Position numbers and translations under genes: made by a program
In this document: piece after piece, positions 12,951 to 27,130 of the stretch
How the letters are laid out: every line of letters begins with the position of its first letter
How positions within the stretch are numbered: position 1 is the first letter of the stretch
The notes under the pieces: model-generated
What the model saw: only the letters and a program-made list of their open reading frames with translations
What the model was told of the DNA's origin: nothing
Databases searched by the model: none
Assembly: GCA_964016885.1 (NCBI GenBank)
Contig: OZ024744.1
Coordinates: forward strand, 100,006,001-100,070,000
Direction: 5' to 3'
DNA length: 64,000 bases
Source of the DNA: Eledone cirrhosa
Lineage: Eukaryota

Positions 12951-14479
12951 GCTGTAAAGAGACAATAGATGGTGGTAGTTGTAGCACTGTAAATCAGGGT
13001 GGTGGGCATGGTTGGAGAGCTGTAAAGAAACAATAGATGGTGGTAGTTGTAGCACTGTAAAATAGGGTGGTGGGCATGGTTGGAGAGCTGTAAAGAAACA
13101 GTAGAAGGTGGTAGTTGTAGCACTGTAAAACAGGGTGGTGGGCATGGTTGGAGAGCTGTAAAGAAACAATAGATGGTGGTAGTTGTAGCACTGTAAAACA
13201 GGGTGGTGGGCATGGTTGGAGAGCTGTAAAAAAACAATAGATGGTGGTAGTTGTAGCACTGTAAAACAGGGTGGTGGGCATGGTTGGAGAGCTGTAAAGA
13301 AACAATAGATGGTGGTAGTTGTAGCACAGTAAAACAGGTTGGTGGGCATGATTGGAGAGCTGTAAAGAAACAATAGATGGTGGTAGTTGTAGTACTGTAA
13401 AACAGGGTGGTGGGCATGGTTGGAGAGCTGTAAAGAGACAGTAGATGGTGGTAGTTGTAGCACTGTAAAACAGGGTGGTGGGCATGGTTGGAGAGCTGTA
13501 AAGAAACAGTAGATGGTGGTAGTTGTAGCACTGTAAAACAAGGTGGTGGGCATGGTTGGAGAGCTGTAAAGAGACAATAGAAGGTGGTAGTTGTAGCACT
13601 GTAAAACAAGGTGGTGGGCATGGTTGGAGAGCTGTAAAGAAACAATAGATGGTGGTAGTTGTAGCACTGTAAAACAGGGTGGTGGGCATGGTTGGAGAGC
13701 TGTAAAGAAACAGTAGAAGGTGGTAGTTGTAGCACTGTAAAACAAGGTGGTGGGCATGGTTGGAGAGCTGTAAAGAAACAATAGATGGTGGTAGTTGTAG
13801 CAGTGTAAAACAGGGTGGTGGGCATGGTTGGAGAGCTGTAAAGAGACAATAGATGGTGGTAGTTGTAGCACTGTAAAACAGGGTGGTGGGCATGGTTGGA
13901 GAGCTGTAAAGAGACAGTAGATGGTGGTAGTTGTAGCACTGTAAATCAGGGTGGTGGGCATGGTTGCAGAGCTGTAAAGAAACAATAGATGGTGGTAGTT
14001 GTAGCACTGTAAAACAGGGTGGTGGGCATGGTTGGAGAGTTGTAAAGAGACAATAGATGGTGGTAGTTGTAGCACTGTAAAACATGGAGGTGGGCATGGT
14101 TGGAGAGCTGTAAAGAAACAATAGAAGGTGGTAGTTGTAGCACTGGAAAACAGGGTGGTGGGCATGGTTGGAGAGCTGTAAAGATACAATAGAAGGTGGT
14201 AGTTGTAGCACTGTAAAACATGGTGGTGGGCATGGTTGGAGAGCTGTAAAGAAACAATAGAAGGTGGTAGTTGTAGCACTGTAAAACAGGGTGGTGGGCA
14301 TGGTTGGAGAGCTGTAAAGAAACAATAGATGGTGGGAGTTGTAGCACTGTAAATCAGGCTGGTGGGCATGGTTGGAGAGCTGTAAAGAAACAATAGAAGG
14401 TGGTAGTTGTAGCACTGTAAAACAGGGTGGTGGGCATGGTTGGAGAGCTGTAAAGAGACAATAGATGGTGGGAGTTGTA

Positions 14480-17400
14480 GCACTGTAAAACAGGGTGGTG
14501 GGCATGGTTGGAGAGCTGTAAACAAACAGTAGATGGTGGTAGTTGTAGCACTGTAAAACATGGTGGTGGGCATGGTTGGAGAGCTGTAAAGAAACAGTAG
14601 AAGGTGGTAGTTGTAGCACTGTAAAACAAGGTGGTGCGCATGGTTGGAGAGCTGTAAAGAAACAATAGATGGTGGTAGTTGTAGCACTGTAAAACAGGGT
14701 GGTGAGCATGGTTGGAGAGCTGTAAAGAGACAGTAGATGGTGGTAGTTGTAGCAGTGTAAAACAGGGTGGTGGGCATGGTTGGAGAGCTGTAAAGAAACA
14801 ATAGATGGTGGTAGTTGTAGTACTGTAAACCAGGGTGGTGGGCATGGTTGGAGAGCTGTAAAGAGACAGTAGAAGGTGGTAGTTGTAGCACTGTAAAACA
14901 TGGTGGTGGGCATGGTTGAAGAGCTGTAAAGAGACAATAGATGGTGGTAGTTGAAGCACTGTAAAACAGGGTGGTGGGCATGGTTGGAGAGCTCTAAAGA
15001 TAACAATAGATGGTGGTAGTTGTAGCACTGGAAAACAGGGTGGTGGGCATGGTTGGAGAACTGTAAAGAGACAGTAGAAGGTGGGAGTTGTAGCACTGTA
15101 AGACAGGGTGGTGGGCATGGTTGGAGAGCTGTAAAGAAACAATAGATGGTGGTAGTTGTAGCACTGTAAAACAGGGTGGTGGGCATGGTTGGAGAGCTGT
15201 AAAGAAACAGTAGATGGTGGTAGATGTAGCACTGTAAAACAGGGTGGTGGGCATGGTTGGAGAGCTGTAAAGAAACAATAGAAGGTGGGAGTTGTAGCAC
15301 TGTAAAACAGGGTGGTGGGCATGGTTGGAGAGCTGTAAAGAGACAATAGATGGTGGTAGTTGTAGCACTGTAAAACAGGGTGGTGGGCATGGTTCGAGAG
15401 CTGTAAAGAGACAATAGAAGGTGGTAGTTGTAGCACTGTAAAACAGGGTGGTGGGCATGGTTGGAGAGCTGTAAAGAGACAATAGATGGTGGTAGTTGTA
15501 GCACTGTAAAACAGGGTGGTGGGCATGGTTGGAGAGCTGTAAAGAGACAATAGATGGTGGGAGTTGTAGCACTGTAAAACAGGGCGGTGGGCATGGTAGG
15601 AGAGCTGTAAAGAGACAGTAGATGGTGGTAGTTTGGTGCACTGTAAAACAGGGTGGTGGGCATGGTTGGAGAGCTGTAAAGAAACAATAGAAGGTGGTAG
15701 TTGTAGCTGTGTAAAACAGGGTGGTGGGCATGGTTGGAAAGCTGTAAAGAGACAATAGATGGTGGTAGTTGTAGCACTGTAAAACAGGGTGGTGGGCATG
15801 GTTGGAGAGCTGTAAAGAGACAATAGATGGTGGTAGTTGTAGCACTGTAAAACAGGGTGGTGGGCATGGTTTGAGAGCTGTAAAGAAACAATAGATGGTG
15901 GTAGTTGTAGCACTGTAAAACATGGTGGTGGGCATGGTTGGAGAGCTGTAAAGAAACAGTAGATGGTGGTAGTTGTAGCACTGTAAAACAAGGTGGTGGG
16001 CATGGTTGGAGAGCTGTAAAGAGACAATAGAAGGTGGTAGTTGTAGCACTGTAAAACAAGGTGGTGGGCATGGTTGGAGAGCTGTAAAGAAACAATAGAT
16101 GGTGGTAGTTGTAGCACTGTAAAACAGGGTGGTGGGCATGGTTGGAGAGCTGTAAAGAAACAGTAGAAGGTGGTAGTTGTAGCGCTGTAAAACAGGGTGG
16201 TGGGCATGGTTGGAGAGCTGTAAAGAAACAGTAGATGGTGGTAGTTGTAACACTGTAAAACAGGGTGGTGGGCATGGTTGGAGAGCTGTAAAGAGACAGT
16301 AGATGGTGGGAGTTGTAGCACTGTAAAACAGGGTGGTGGGCATGGTTGGAGATCTGTAAAGAAACAATAGATGGTGGTAGTTGTAGCACTGTAAAACAGG
16401 GTGGTGGGCATGGCTGGAGAGCTGTAAAGAGACAATAGATGGTGGTAGTTGTAGCGCTGTAAAACAGGGTGGTGGGCTTGGTTGGAGAGCTGTAAAGAGA
16501 CAATAGATGGTGGTAGTTGTAGCACTGTAAAACAGGGTGGTGGGCATGGTTGGAGAGCTGTAAAGAGACAATAGATGGTGGTAGTTGTAGCACTGTAAAA
16601 CAGGGTGGTGGGCATGGTTGGAGAGCTGTAAAGAGACAATAGATGGTGGGAGTTGTAGCACTGTAAAACAGGGTGGTGGGCATGGTTGGAGAGCTGTAAA
16701 GTAACAGTAGAAGGTGGTAGTTGTTGCACTGTAAAACAGGGTGGTGGGCATGGTTGCAGAGCTGTAAAGAGACAATAGATGATGGTAGTTGTAGCACTGT
16801 AAAACAGGGTGGTGGGCATGGTTGGAGAGCTGTAAAGAAACAGTAGATGGTGGTAGTTGTAGCACTGTAAAACAGGGTGGTGGGCATGGTTGGAGAGCTG
16901 TAAAGAGACAATAGATGGTGGTAGTTGTAGCACTGTAAAACAGGGTGGTGGGCATCGTTGGAGAGCTGTAAAGAAACAATAGATGGTGGTAGTTGTAGCT
17001 CTGTAAAACAGGGTGGTGGGCATGGTTGGAGAGCTGTAAAGAGACAATAGATGGTGGTAGTTCTAGTACTGTAAAACAGGGTGGTGGGCATGGTTGGAGA
17101 GCTGTAAAGAAACAATAGATGGTGGTAGCTGTAGCAGTGTAAAACATGGTGGTGGGCATGGTTGGAGAGCTGTAAAGAGACAATAGATGGTGTTAGTTGT
17201 AGCACTGTAAAACAGGGTGGTGGGCATGGTTGGAGAGCTGTAAAGAAACAGTAGATGGTGGTAGTTGTAGTACTGTAAAACATGGTGGTGGGCATGGTTG
17301 GAGAGCTGTAAAGAAACAATAGAAGGTGGTAGTTGTAGCAGTGTAAAACAGGGTGGTGGGCATGGTTGGAGAGCTGTAAAGAGACAATAGATGGTGGTAG

Positions 17401-20400
17401 TTGTAGCACTGTAAAACAGGGTGGTGGGCATGGTTGGAGAGCTGTAAAGAAACAATAGATGGTGGTAGTTGTAACACTGTAAAACAGGGTGGTGGGCATG
17501 GTTGGAGAGCTGTAAAGAAACAATAGATGGTGGTAGTTGTAGCACTGTAAAACAGGGTGTTGGGCATGGTTGGAAAGCTGTAAAGAGACAGTAGATGGTG
17601 CTAGTTGTAGCACTGTAAAACAGGGTGGTGGGCATGGTTGGAGAGCTGTAAAGAAACAATAGAAGGTGGTAGTTGTAGCAGTGTAAAACAGGGTGGTGGG
17701 CATGGTTGGAGAGCTGTAAAGAGACAATAGATGGTGGTAGTTGTAGCACTGTAAAACAGGGTGGTGGGCATGGTTGGAGAGCTGTAAAGAGACAATAGAT
17801 GGTGGTAGTTGTAGCACTGTAAAACAGGGTGGTGGGCATGGTTGGAGAGCTGTAAAGAAACAATAGATGGTGGTAGTTGTAGCACTGTAAAACAGGGTGG
17901 TGGGCATGGTTGGAGAGCTGTAAAGAGACAATAGATGGTGGTAGTTGTAGCGCTGTAAAACAGGGTGGTGGGCTTGGTTGGAGAGCTGTAAAGAAACAGT
18001 AGATGGTGGTAGTTGTAGCACTGTAAAACAAGGTGGTGGGCATGGTTGGAGAGCTGTAAAGAGACAATAGAAGGTGGTAGTTGTAGCACTGTAAAACAAG
18101 GTGGTGGGCATGGTTGGAGAGCTGTAAAGAAACAATAGAAGGTGGTAGTTGTAGCACTGTAAAACAGTGTGGTGGGCATGGTTGGAGAGCTGTAAAGAAA
18201 CAGTAGATGGTGGTACTTGTAGCACTGTAAAACAGGGTGGTGGGCATGGTTGGAGAGCTGTAAAGAAACAATAGATGGTGGTAGTTGTAGCTCTGTAAAA
18301 CAGGGTGGTGGGCATGGTTGGAGAGCTGTAAAGAGACAATAGATGGTGGTAGTTGTAGTACTGTAAAACAGGGTGGTGGGCATGGTTGGAGAGCTGTAAA
18401 GAAACAATAGATGGTGGTAGCTGTAGCAGTGTAAAACATGGTGGTGGGCATGGTTGGAGAGCTGTAAAGAGACAATAGATGGTGGTAGTTGTAGCACTGT
18501 AAAACAGGGTGGTGTGCATGGTTGGAGAGCTGTAAAGAAACAGTAGATGGTGGTAGTTGTAGTACTGTAAAACATGGTGGTGGGCATGGTTGGAGAGCTG
18601 TAAAGAAACAATAGAAGGTGGTAGTTGTAGCAGTGTAAAACAGGGTGGTGGGCATGGTTGGAGAGCTGTAAAGAGACAATAGATGGTGGTAGTTATAGCA
18701 CTGTAAAACATGGTGGTGGGCATGGTTGGAGAGCTGTAAAGAAACAATAGATGGTGGTAGTTGTAACACTGTAAAACAGGGTGGTGGGCATGGTTGGAGA
18801 GCTGTAAAGAAACAATAGATGGTGGTAGTTGTAGCACTGTAAAACAGGGTGGTGGGCATGGTTGGAGAGCTGTAAAGAGACAATAGATGGTGGTAGTTGT
18901 AGTACTGTAAAACAGGGTGGTGGGCATGGTTGGAGAGCTGTAAAGAAACAATAGATGGTGGTAGCTGTAGCAGTGTAAAACATGGTGGTGGGCATGGTTG
19001 GAGAGCTGTAAAGAGACAATAGATGGTGGTAGTTGTAGTACTGTAAAACAGGGTGGTGGGCATGGTTGGAGAGCTGTAAAGAAACAATAGATGGTGGGAG
19101 TTGTAGCACTGTAAAACAGGGTGGTGGGCATGGTTGGAGAGCTGTAAAGAAACAGTAGAAGGTGGTAGTTGTAGCACTGTAAAACAGGGTGTTGGTCATG
19201 GTTGGAGAGCTGTAAAGAGAGAATAGATGGTGGTAGTTGTAGCACTGTAAAACAGGGTGGTGGGCATGGTTGGAGAGCTGTAAAGAGACAATAGATGGTG
19301 GTAGTTGTAGCGCTGTAAAACAGGGTGGTGGGCTTGGTTGGAGAGCTGTAAAGAAACAGTAGATGGTGGTAGTTGTAGCACTGTAAAACAGGGTGGTGGG
19401 CATGGTTGGAGAGCTGTAAAGAGACAATAGATGGTGGTAGTTGTAGCGCTGTAAAACAGGGTGGTGGGCTTGGTTGGAGAGCTGTAAAGAAACAGTAGAT
19501 GGTGGTAGTTGTAGCACTGTAAAACAAGGTGGTGGGCATGGTTGGAGAGCTGTAAAGAGACAATAGAAGGTGGTAGTTGTAGCACTGTAAAACAAGGTGG
19601 TGGGCATGGTTGGAGAGCTGTAAAGAAACAATAGAAGGTGGTAGTTGTAGCACTGTAAAACAGTGTGGTGGGCATGGTTGGAGAGCTGTAAAGAAACAGT
19701 AGATGGTGGTACTTGTAGCACTGTAAAACAGGGTGGTGGGCATGGTTGGAGAGCTGTAAAGAAACAATAGATGGTGGAAGTTGTAGCTCTGTAAAACAGG
19801 GTGGTGGGCATGGTTGGAGAGCTGTAAAGAGACAATAGATGGTGGTAGTTGTAGTACTGTAAAACAGGGTGGTGGGCATGGTTGGAGAGCTGTAAAGAAA
19901 CAATAGATGGTGGTAGCTGTAGCAGTGTAAAACATGGTGGTGGGCATGGTTGGAGAGCTGTAAAGAGACAATAGATGGTGGTAGTTGTAGCACTGTAAAA
20001 CAGGGTGGTGGGCATGGTTGGAGAGCTGTAAAGAAACAGTAGATGGTGGTAGTTGTAGTACTGTAAAACATGGTGGTGGGCATGGTTGGAGAGCTGTAAA
20101 GAAACAATAGAAGGTGGTAGTTGTAGCAGTGTAAAACAGGGTGGTGGGCATGGTTGGAGAGCTGTAAAGAGACAATAGATGGTGGTAGTTGTAGCACTGT
20201 AAAACATGGTGGTGGGCATGGTTGGAGAGCTGTAAAGAAACAATAGATGGTGGTAGTTGTAACACTGTAAAACAGGGTGGTGGGCATGGTTGGAGAGCTG
20301 TAAAGAAACAATAGATGGTGGTAGTTGTAGCACTGTAAAACAGGGTGGTGGGCATGGTTGGAGAGCTGTAAAGAGACAATAGATGGTGGTAGTTGTAGCA

Positions 20401-23400
20401 CTGTAAAACAGGGTGGTGGGCATGGTTGGAGAGCTGTAAAGAAACAATAGATGGTGGTAGCTGTAGCAGTGTAAAACATGGTGGTGGGCATGGTTGGAGA
20501 GCTGTAAAGAGACAATAGATGGTGGTAGTTGTAGTACTGTAAAACAGGGTGGTGGGCATGGTTGGAGAGCTGTAAAGAAACAATAGATGGTGGGAGTTGT
20601 AGCACTGTAAAACAGGGTGGTGGGCATGGTTGGAGAGCTGTAAAGAAACAGTAGAAGGTGGTAGTTGTAGCACTGTAAAACAGGGTGTTGGTCATGGTTG
20701 GAGAGCTGTAAAGAGACAATAGATGGTGGTAGTTGTAGCACTGTAAAACAGGGTGGTGGGCATGGTTGGAGAGCTGTAAACAAACAGTAGATGGTGGTAG
20801 TTGTAGCACTGTAAAACATGGTGGTGGGCATGGTTGGAGAGCTGTAAAGAAACAGTAGAAGGTGGTAGTTGTAGCACTGTAAAACAAGGTGGTGCGCATG
20901 GTTGGAGAGCTGTAAAGAAACAATAGATGGTGGTAGTTGTAGCACTGTAAAACAGGGTGGTGAGCATGGTTGGAGAGCTGTAAAGAGACAATAGATGGTG
21001 GTAGTTGTAGCAGTGTAAAACAGGGTGGTGGGCATGGTTGGAGAGCTGTAAAGAAACAATAGATGGTGGTAGTTGTAGTACTGTAAACCAGGGTGGTGGG
21101 CATGGTTGGAGAGCTGTAAAGAGACAGTAGAAGGTGGTAGTTGTAGCACTGTAAAACATGGTGGTGGGCATGGTTGAAGAGCTGTAAAGAGACAATAGAT
21201 GGTGGTAGTTGAAGCACTGTAAAACAGGGTGGTGGGCATGGTTGGAGAGCTGTAAAGATAACAATAGATGGTGGTAGTTGTAGCACTGGAAAACAGGGTG
21301 GTGGGCATGGTTGGAGAACTGTAAAGAGACAGTAGAAGGTGGGAGTTGTAGCACTGTAAGACAGGGTGGTGGGCATGGTTGGAGAGCTGTAAAGAAACAA
21401 TAGATGGTGGTAGTTGTAGCACTGTAAAACAGGGTGGTGGGCATGGTTGGAGAGCTGTAAAGAAACAGTAGATGGTGGTAGATGTAGCACTGTAAAACAG
21501 GGTGGTGGGCATGGTTGGAGAGCTGTAAAGAAACAATAGAAGGTGGGAGTTGTAGCACTGTAAAACAGGGTGGTGGGCATGGTTGGAGAGCTGTAAAGAG
21601 ACAATAGATGGTGGTAGTTGTAGCACTGTAAAACAGGGTGGTGGGCATGGTTCGAGAGCTGTAAAGAGACAATAGAAGGTGGTAGTTGTAGCACTGTAAA
21701 ACAGGGTGGTGGGCATGGTTGGAGAGCTGTAAAGAGACAATAGATGGTGGTAGTTGTAGCACTGTAAAACAGGGTGGTGGGCATGGTTGGAGAGCTGTAA
21801 AGAGACAATAGATGGTGGGAGTTGTAGCACTGTAAAACAGGGCGGTGGGCATGGTAGGAGAGCTGTAAAGAGACAGTAGATGGTGGTAGTTTGGTGCACT
21901 GTAAAACAGGGTGGTGGGCATGGTTGGAGAGCTGTAAAGAAACAATAGAAGGTGGTAGTTGTAGCTGTGTAAAACAGGGTGGTGGGCATGGTTGGAAAGC
22001 TGTAAAGAGACAATAGATGGTGGTAGTTGTAGCACTGTAAAACAGGGTGGTGGGCATGGTTGGAGAGCTGTAAAGAGACAATAGATGGTGGTAGTTGTAG
22101 CACTGTAAAACAGGGTGGTGGGCATGGTTTGAGAGCTGTAAAGAAACAATAGATGGTGGTAGTTGTAGCACTGTAAAACAGGGTGGTGGGCATGGTTAGA
22201 GAGCTGTAAAGAGACAGTAGATGGTGGTAGTTGTAGTACTGTAAAACATGGTGGTGGGCATGGTTGGAGAGCTGTAAAGATAACAATACATGGTGGTAGT
22301 TGTAGCACTGTAAAACATGGTGGTGGGCATGGTTGGAGAGCTGTAAAGAAACAGTAGATGGTGGTAGTTGTAGCACTGTAAAACAAGGTGGTGGGCATGG
22401 TTGGAGAGCTGTAAAGAGACAATAGAAGGTGGTAGTTGTAGCACTGTAAAACAAGGTGGTGGGCATGGTTGGAGAGCTGTAAAGAAACAATAGATGGTGG
22501 TAGTTGTAGCACTGTAAAACAGGGTGGTGGGCATGGTTGGAGAGCTGTAAAGAAACAGTAGAAGGTGGTAGTTGTAGCGCTGTAAAACAGGGTGGTGGGC
22601 ATGGTTGGAGAGCTGTAAAGAAACAGTAGATGGTGGTAGTTGTAACACTGTAAAACAGGGTGGTGGGCATGGTTGGAGAGCTGTAAAGAGACAGTAGATG
22701 GTGGGAGTTGTAGCACTGTAAAACAGGGTGGTGGGCATGGTTGGAGATCTGTAAAGAAACAATAGATGGTGGTAGTTGTAGCACTGTAAAACAGGGTGGT
22801 GGGCATGGCTGGAGAGCTGTAAAGAGACAATAGATGGTGGTAGTTGTAGCGCTGTAAAACAGGGTGGTGGGCTTGGTTGGAGAGCTGTAAAGAGACAATA
22901 GATGGTGGTAGTTGTAGCACTGTAAAACAGGGTGGTGGGCATGGTTGGAGAGCTGTAAAGAGACAATAGATGGTGGTAGTTGTAGCACTGTAAAACAGGG
23001 TGGTGGGCATGGCTGGAGAGCTGTAAAGAGACAATAGATGGTGGGAGTTGTAGCACTGTAAAACAGGGTGGTGGGCATGGTTGGAGAGCTGTAAAGTAAC
23101 AGTAGAAGGTGGTAGTTGTTGCACTGTAAAACAGGGTGGTGGGCATGGTTGCAGAGCTGTAAAGAGACAATAGATGATGGTAGTTGTAGCACTGTAAAAC
23201 AGGGTGGTGGGCATGGTTGGAGAGCTGTAAAGAAACAGTAGATGGTGGTAGTTGTAGCACTGTAAAACAGGGTGGTGGGCATGGTTGGAGAGCTGTAAAG
23301 AGACAATAGATGGTGGTAGTTGTAGCACTGTAAAACAGGGTGGTGGGCATCGTTGGAGAGCTGTAAAGAAACAATAGATGGTGGTAGTTGTAGCTCTGTA

Positions 23401-26400
23401 AAACAGGGTGGTGGGCATGGTTGGAGAGCTGTAAAGAGACAATAGATGGTGGTAGTTGTAGTACTGTAAAACAGGGTGGTGGGCATGGTTGGAGAGCTGT
23501 AAAGAAACAATAGATGGTGGTAGCTGTAGCAGTGTAAAACATGGTGGTGGGCATGGTTGGAGAGCTGTAAAGAGACAATAGATGGTGTTAGTTGTAGCAC
23601 TGTAAAACAGGGTGGTGGGCATGGTTGGAGAGCTGTAAAGAAACAGTAGATGGTGGTAGTTGTAGTACTGTAAAACATGGTGGTGGGCATGGTTGGAGAG
23701 CTGTAAAGAAACAATAGAAGGTGGTAGTTGTAGCAGTGTAAAACAGGGTGGTGGGCATGGTTGGAGAGCTGTAAAGAGACAATAGATGGTGGTAGTTGTA
23801 GCACTGTAAAATAGGGTGGTGGGCATGGTTGGAGAGCTGTAAAGAAACAATAGATGGTGGTAGTTGTAACACTGTAAAACAGGGTGGTGGGCATGGTTGG
23901 AGAGCTGTAAAGAAACAATAGATGGTGGTAGTTGTAGCACTGTAAAACAGGGTGTTGGGCATGGTTGGAAAGCTGTAAAGAGACAGTAGATGGTGCTAGT
24001 TGTAGCACTGTAAAACAGGGTGGTGGGCATGGTTGGAGAGCTGTAAAGAAACAATAGAAGGTGGTAGTTGTAGCAGTGTAAAACAGGGTGGTGGGCATGG
24101 TTGGAGAGCTGTAAAGAGACAATAGATGGTGGTAGTTGTAGCACTGTAAAACAGGGTGGTGGGCATGGTTGGAGAGCTGTAAAGAGAAAATAGATGGTGG
24201 TAGTTGTAGCACTGTAAAACAGGGTGGTGGGCATGGTTGGAGAGCTGTAAAGAAACAATAGATGGTGGTAGTTGTAGCACTGTAAAACAGGGTGGTGGGC
24301 ATGGTTGGAGAGCTGTAAAGAGACAATAGATGGTGGTAGTTGTAGCGCTGTAAAACAGGGTGGTGGGCTTGGTTGGAGAGCTGTAAAAAAACAGTAGATG
24401 GTGGTAGTTGTAGCACTGTAAAACAAGGTGGTGGGCATGGTTGGAGAGCTGTAAAGAGACAATAGAAGGTGGTAGTTGTAGCACTGTAAAACAAGGTGGT
24501 GGGCATGGTTGGAGAGCTGTAAAGAAACAATAGAAGGTGGTAGTTGTAGCACTGTAAAACAGTGTGGTGGGCATGGTTGGAGAGCTGTAAAGAAACAGTA
24601 GATGGTGGTACTTGTAGCACTGTAAAACAGGGTGGTGGGCATGGTTGGAGAGCTGTAAAGAAACAATAGATGGTGGTAGTTGTAGCTCTGTAAAACAGGG
24701 TGGTGGGCATGGTTGGAGAGCTGTAAAGAGACAATAGATGGTGGTAGTTGTAGTACTGTAAAACAGGGTGGTGGGCATGGTTGGAGAGCTGTAAAGAAAC
24801 AATAGATGGTGGTAGCTGTAGCAGTGTAAAACATGGTGGTGGGCATGGTTGGAGAGCTGTAAAGAGACAATAGATGGTGGTAGTTGTAGCACTGTAAAAC
24901 AGGGTGGTGTGCATGGTTGGAGAGCTGTAAAGAAACAGTAGATGGTGGTAGTTGTAGTACTGTAAAACATGGTGGTGGGCATGGTTGGAGAGCTGTAAAG
25001 AAACAATAGAAGGTGGTAGTTGTAGCAGTGTAAAACAGGGTGGTGGGCATGGTTGGAGAGCTGTAAAGAGACAATAGATGGTGGTAGTTATAGCACTGTA
25101 AAACATGGTGGTGGGCATGGTTGGAGAGCTGTAAAGAAACAATAGATGGTGGTAGTTGTAACACTGTAAAACAGGGTGGTGGGCATGGTTGGAGAGCTGT
25201 AAAGAAACAATAGATGGTGGTAGTTGTAGCACTGTAAAACAGGGTGGTGGGCATGGTTGGAGAGCTGTAAAGAGACAATAGATGGTGGTAGTTGTAGTAC
25301 TGTAAAACAGGGTGGTGGGCATGGTTGGAGAGCTGTAAAGAAACAATAGATGGTGGTAGCTGTAGCAGTGTAAAACATGGTGGTGGGCATGGTTGGAGAG
25401 CTGTAAAGAGACAATAGATGGTGGTAGTTGTAGTACTGTAAAACAGGGTGGTGGGCATGGTTGGAGAGCTGTAAAGAAACAATAGATGGTGGGAGTTGTA
25501 GCACTGTAAAACAGGGTGGTGGGCATGGTTGGAGAGCTGTAAAGAAACAGTAGAAGGTGGTAGTTGTAGCACTGTAAAACAGGGTGTTGGTCATGGTTGG
25601 AGAGCTGTAAAGAGAGAATAGATGGTGGTAGTTGTAGCACTGTAAAACAGGGTGGTGGGCATGGTTGGAGAGCTGTAAAGAGACAATAGATGGTGGTAGT
25701 TGTAGCGCTGTAAAACAGGGTGGTGGGCTTGGTTGGAGAGCTGTAAAGAAACAGTAGATGGTGGTAGTTGTAGCACTGTAAAACAGGGTGGTGGGCATGG
25801 TTGGAGAGCTGTAAAGAGACAATAGATGGTGGTAGTTGTAGCGCTGTAAAACAGGGTGGTGGGCTTGGTTGGAGAGCTGTAAAGAAACAGTAGATGGTGG
25901 TAGTTGTAGCACTGTAAAACAAGGTGGTGGGCATGGTTGGAGAGCTGTAAAGAGACAATAGAAGGTGGTAGTTGTAGCACTGTAAAACAAGGTGGTGGGC
26001 ATGGTTGGAGAGCTGTAAAGAAACAATAGAAGGTGGTAGTTGTAGCACTGTAAAACAGTGTGGTGGGCATGGTTGGAGAGCTGTAAAGAAACAGTAGATG
26101 GTGGTACTTGTAGCACTGTAAAACAGGGTGGTGGGCATGGTTGGAGAGCTGTAAAGAAACAATAGATGGTGGAAGTTGTAGCTCTGTAAAACAGGGTGGT
26201 GGGCATGGTTGGAGAGCTGTAAAGAGACAATAGATGGTGGTAGTTGTAGTACTGTAAAACAGGGTGGTGGGCATGGTTGGAGAGCTGTAAAGAAACAATA
26301 GATGGTGGTAGCTGTAGCAGTGTAAAACATGGTGGTGGGCATGGTTGGAGAGCTGTAAAGAGACAATAGATGGTGGTAGTTGTAGCACTGTAAAACAGGG

Positions 26401-27130
26401 TGGTGGGCATGGTTGGAGAGCTGTAAAGAAACAGTAGATGGTGGTAGTTGTAGTACTGTAAAACATGGTTGTGGGCATGGTTGGAGAGCTGTAAAGAAAC
26501 AATAGAAGGTGGTAGTTGTAGCAGTGTAAAACAGGGTGGTGGGCATGGTTGGAGAGCTGTAAAGAGACAATAGATGGTGGTAGTTGTAGCACTGTAAAAC
26601 ATGGTGGTGGGCATGGTTGGAGAGCTGTAAAGAAACAATAGATGGTGGTAGTTGTAACACTGTAAAACAGGGTGGTGGGCATGGTTGGAGAGCTGTAAAG
26701 AAACAATAGATGGTGGTAGTTGTAGCACTGTAAAACAGGGTGGTGGGCATGGTTGGAGAGCTGTAAAGAGACAATAGATGGTGGTAGTTGTAGCACTGTA
26801 AAACAGGGTGGTGGGCATGGTTGGAGAGCTGTAAAGAAACAATAGATGGTGGTAGCTGTAGCAGTGTAAAACATGGTGGTGGGCATGGTTGGAGAGCTGT
26901 AAAGAGACAATAGATGGTGGTAGTTGTAGTACTGTAAAACAGGGTGGTGGGCATGGTTGGAGAGCTGTAAAGAAACAATAGATGGTGGGAGTTGTAGCAC
27001 TGTAAAACAGGGTGGTGGGCATGGTTGGAGAGCTGTAAAGAAACAGTAGAAGGTGGTAGTTGTAGCACTGTAAAACAGGGTGTTGGTCATGGTTGGAGAG
27101 CTGTAAAGAGACAATAGATGGTGGTAGTTG
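14480..27130 (+). repeat. Tandem duplication of a 92/94-monomer block (6258/6395 bp)
   Basis: taaacaaac at 14523/20781 (6258 = 92x68+2). Then 17193/23588, 17601/23996, 18693/25088, 19196/25591 and 20692/27087 are all offset by 6395 (= 94x68+3). Copy 2 has two extra monomers near 22170-22310. Confidence 0.9.

Noticed and set aside
14358-14365. Chi site GCTGGTGG, plus near-Chi GATGGTGG/GGTGGTGG in each monomer
   Set aside because: The exact match is one point variant of GGTGGTGG. Nothing suggests a bacterial RecBCD context.
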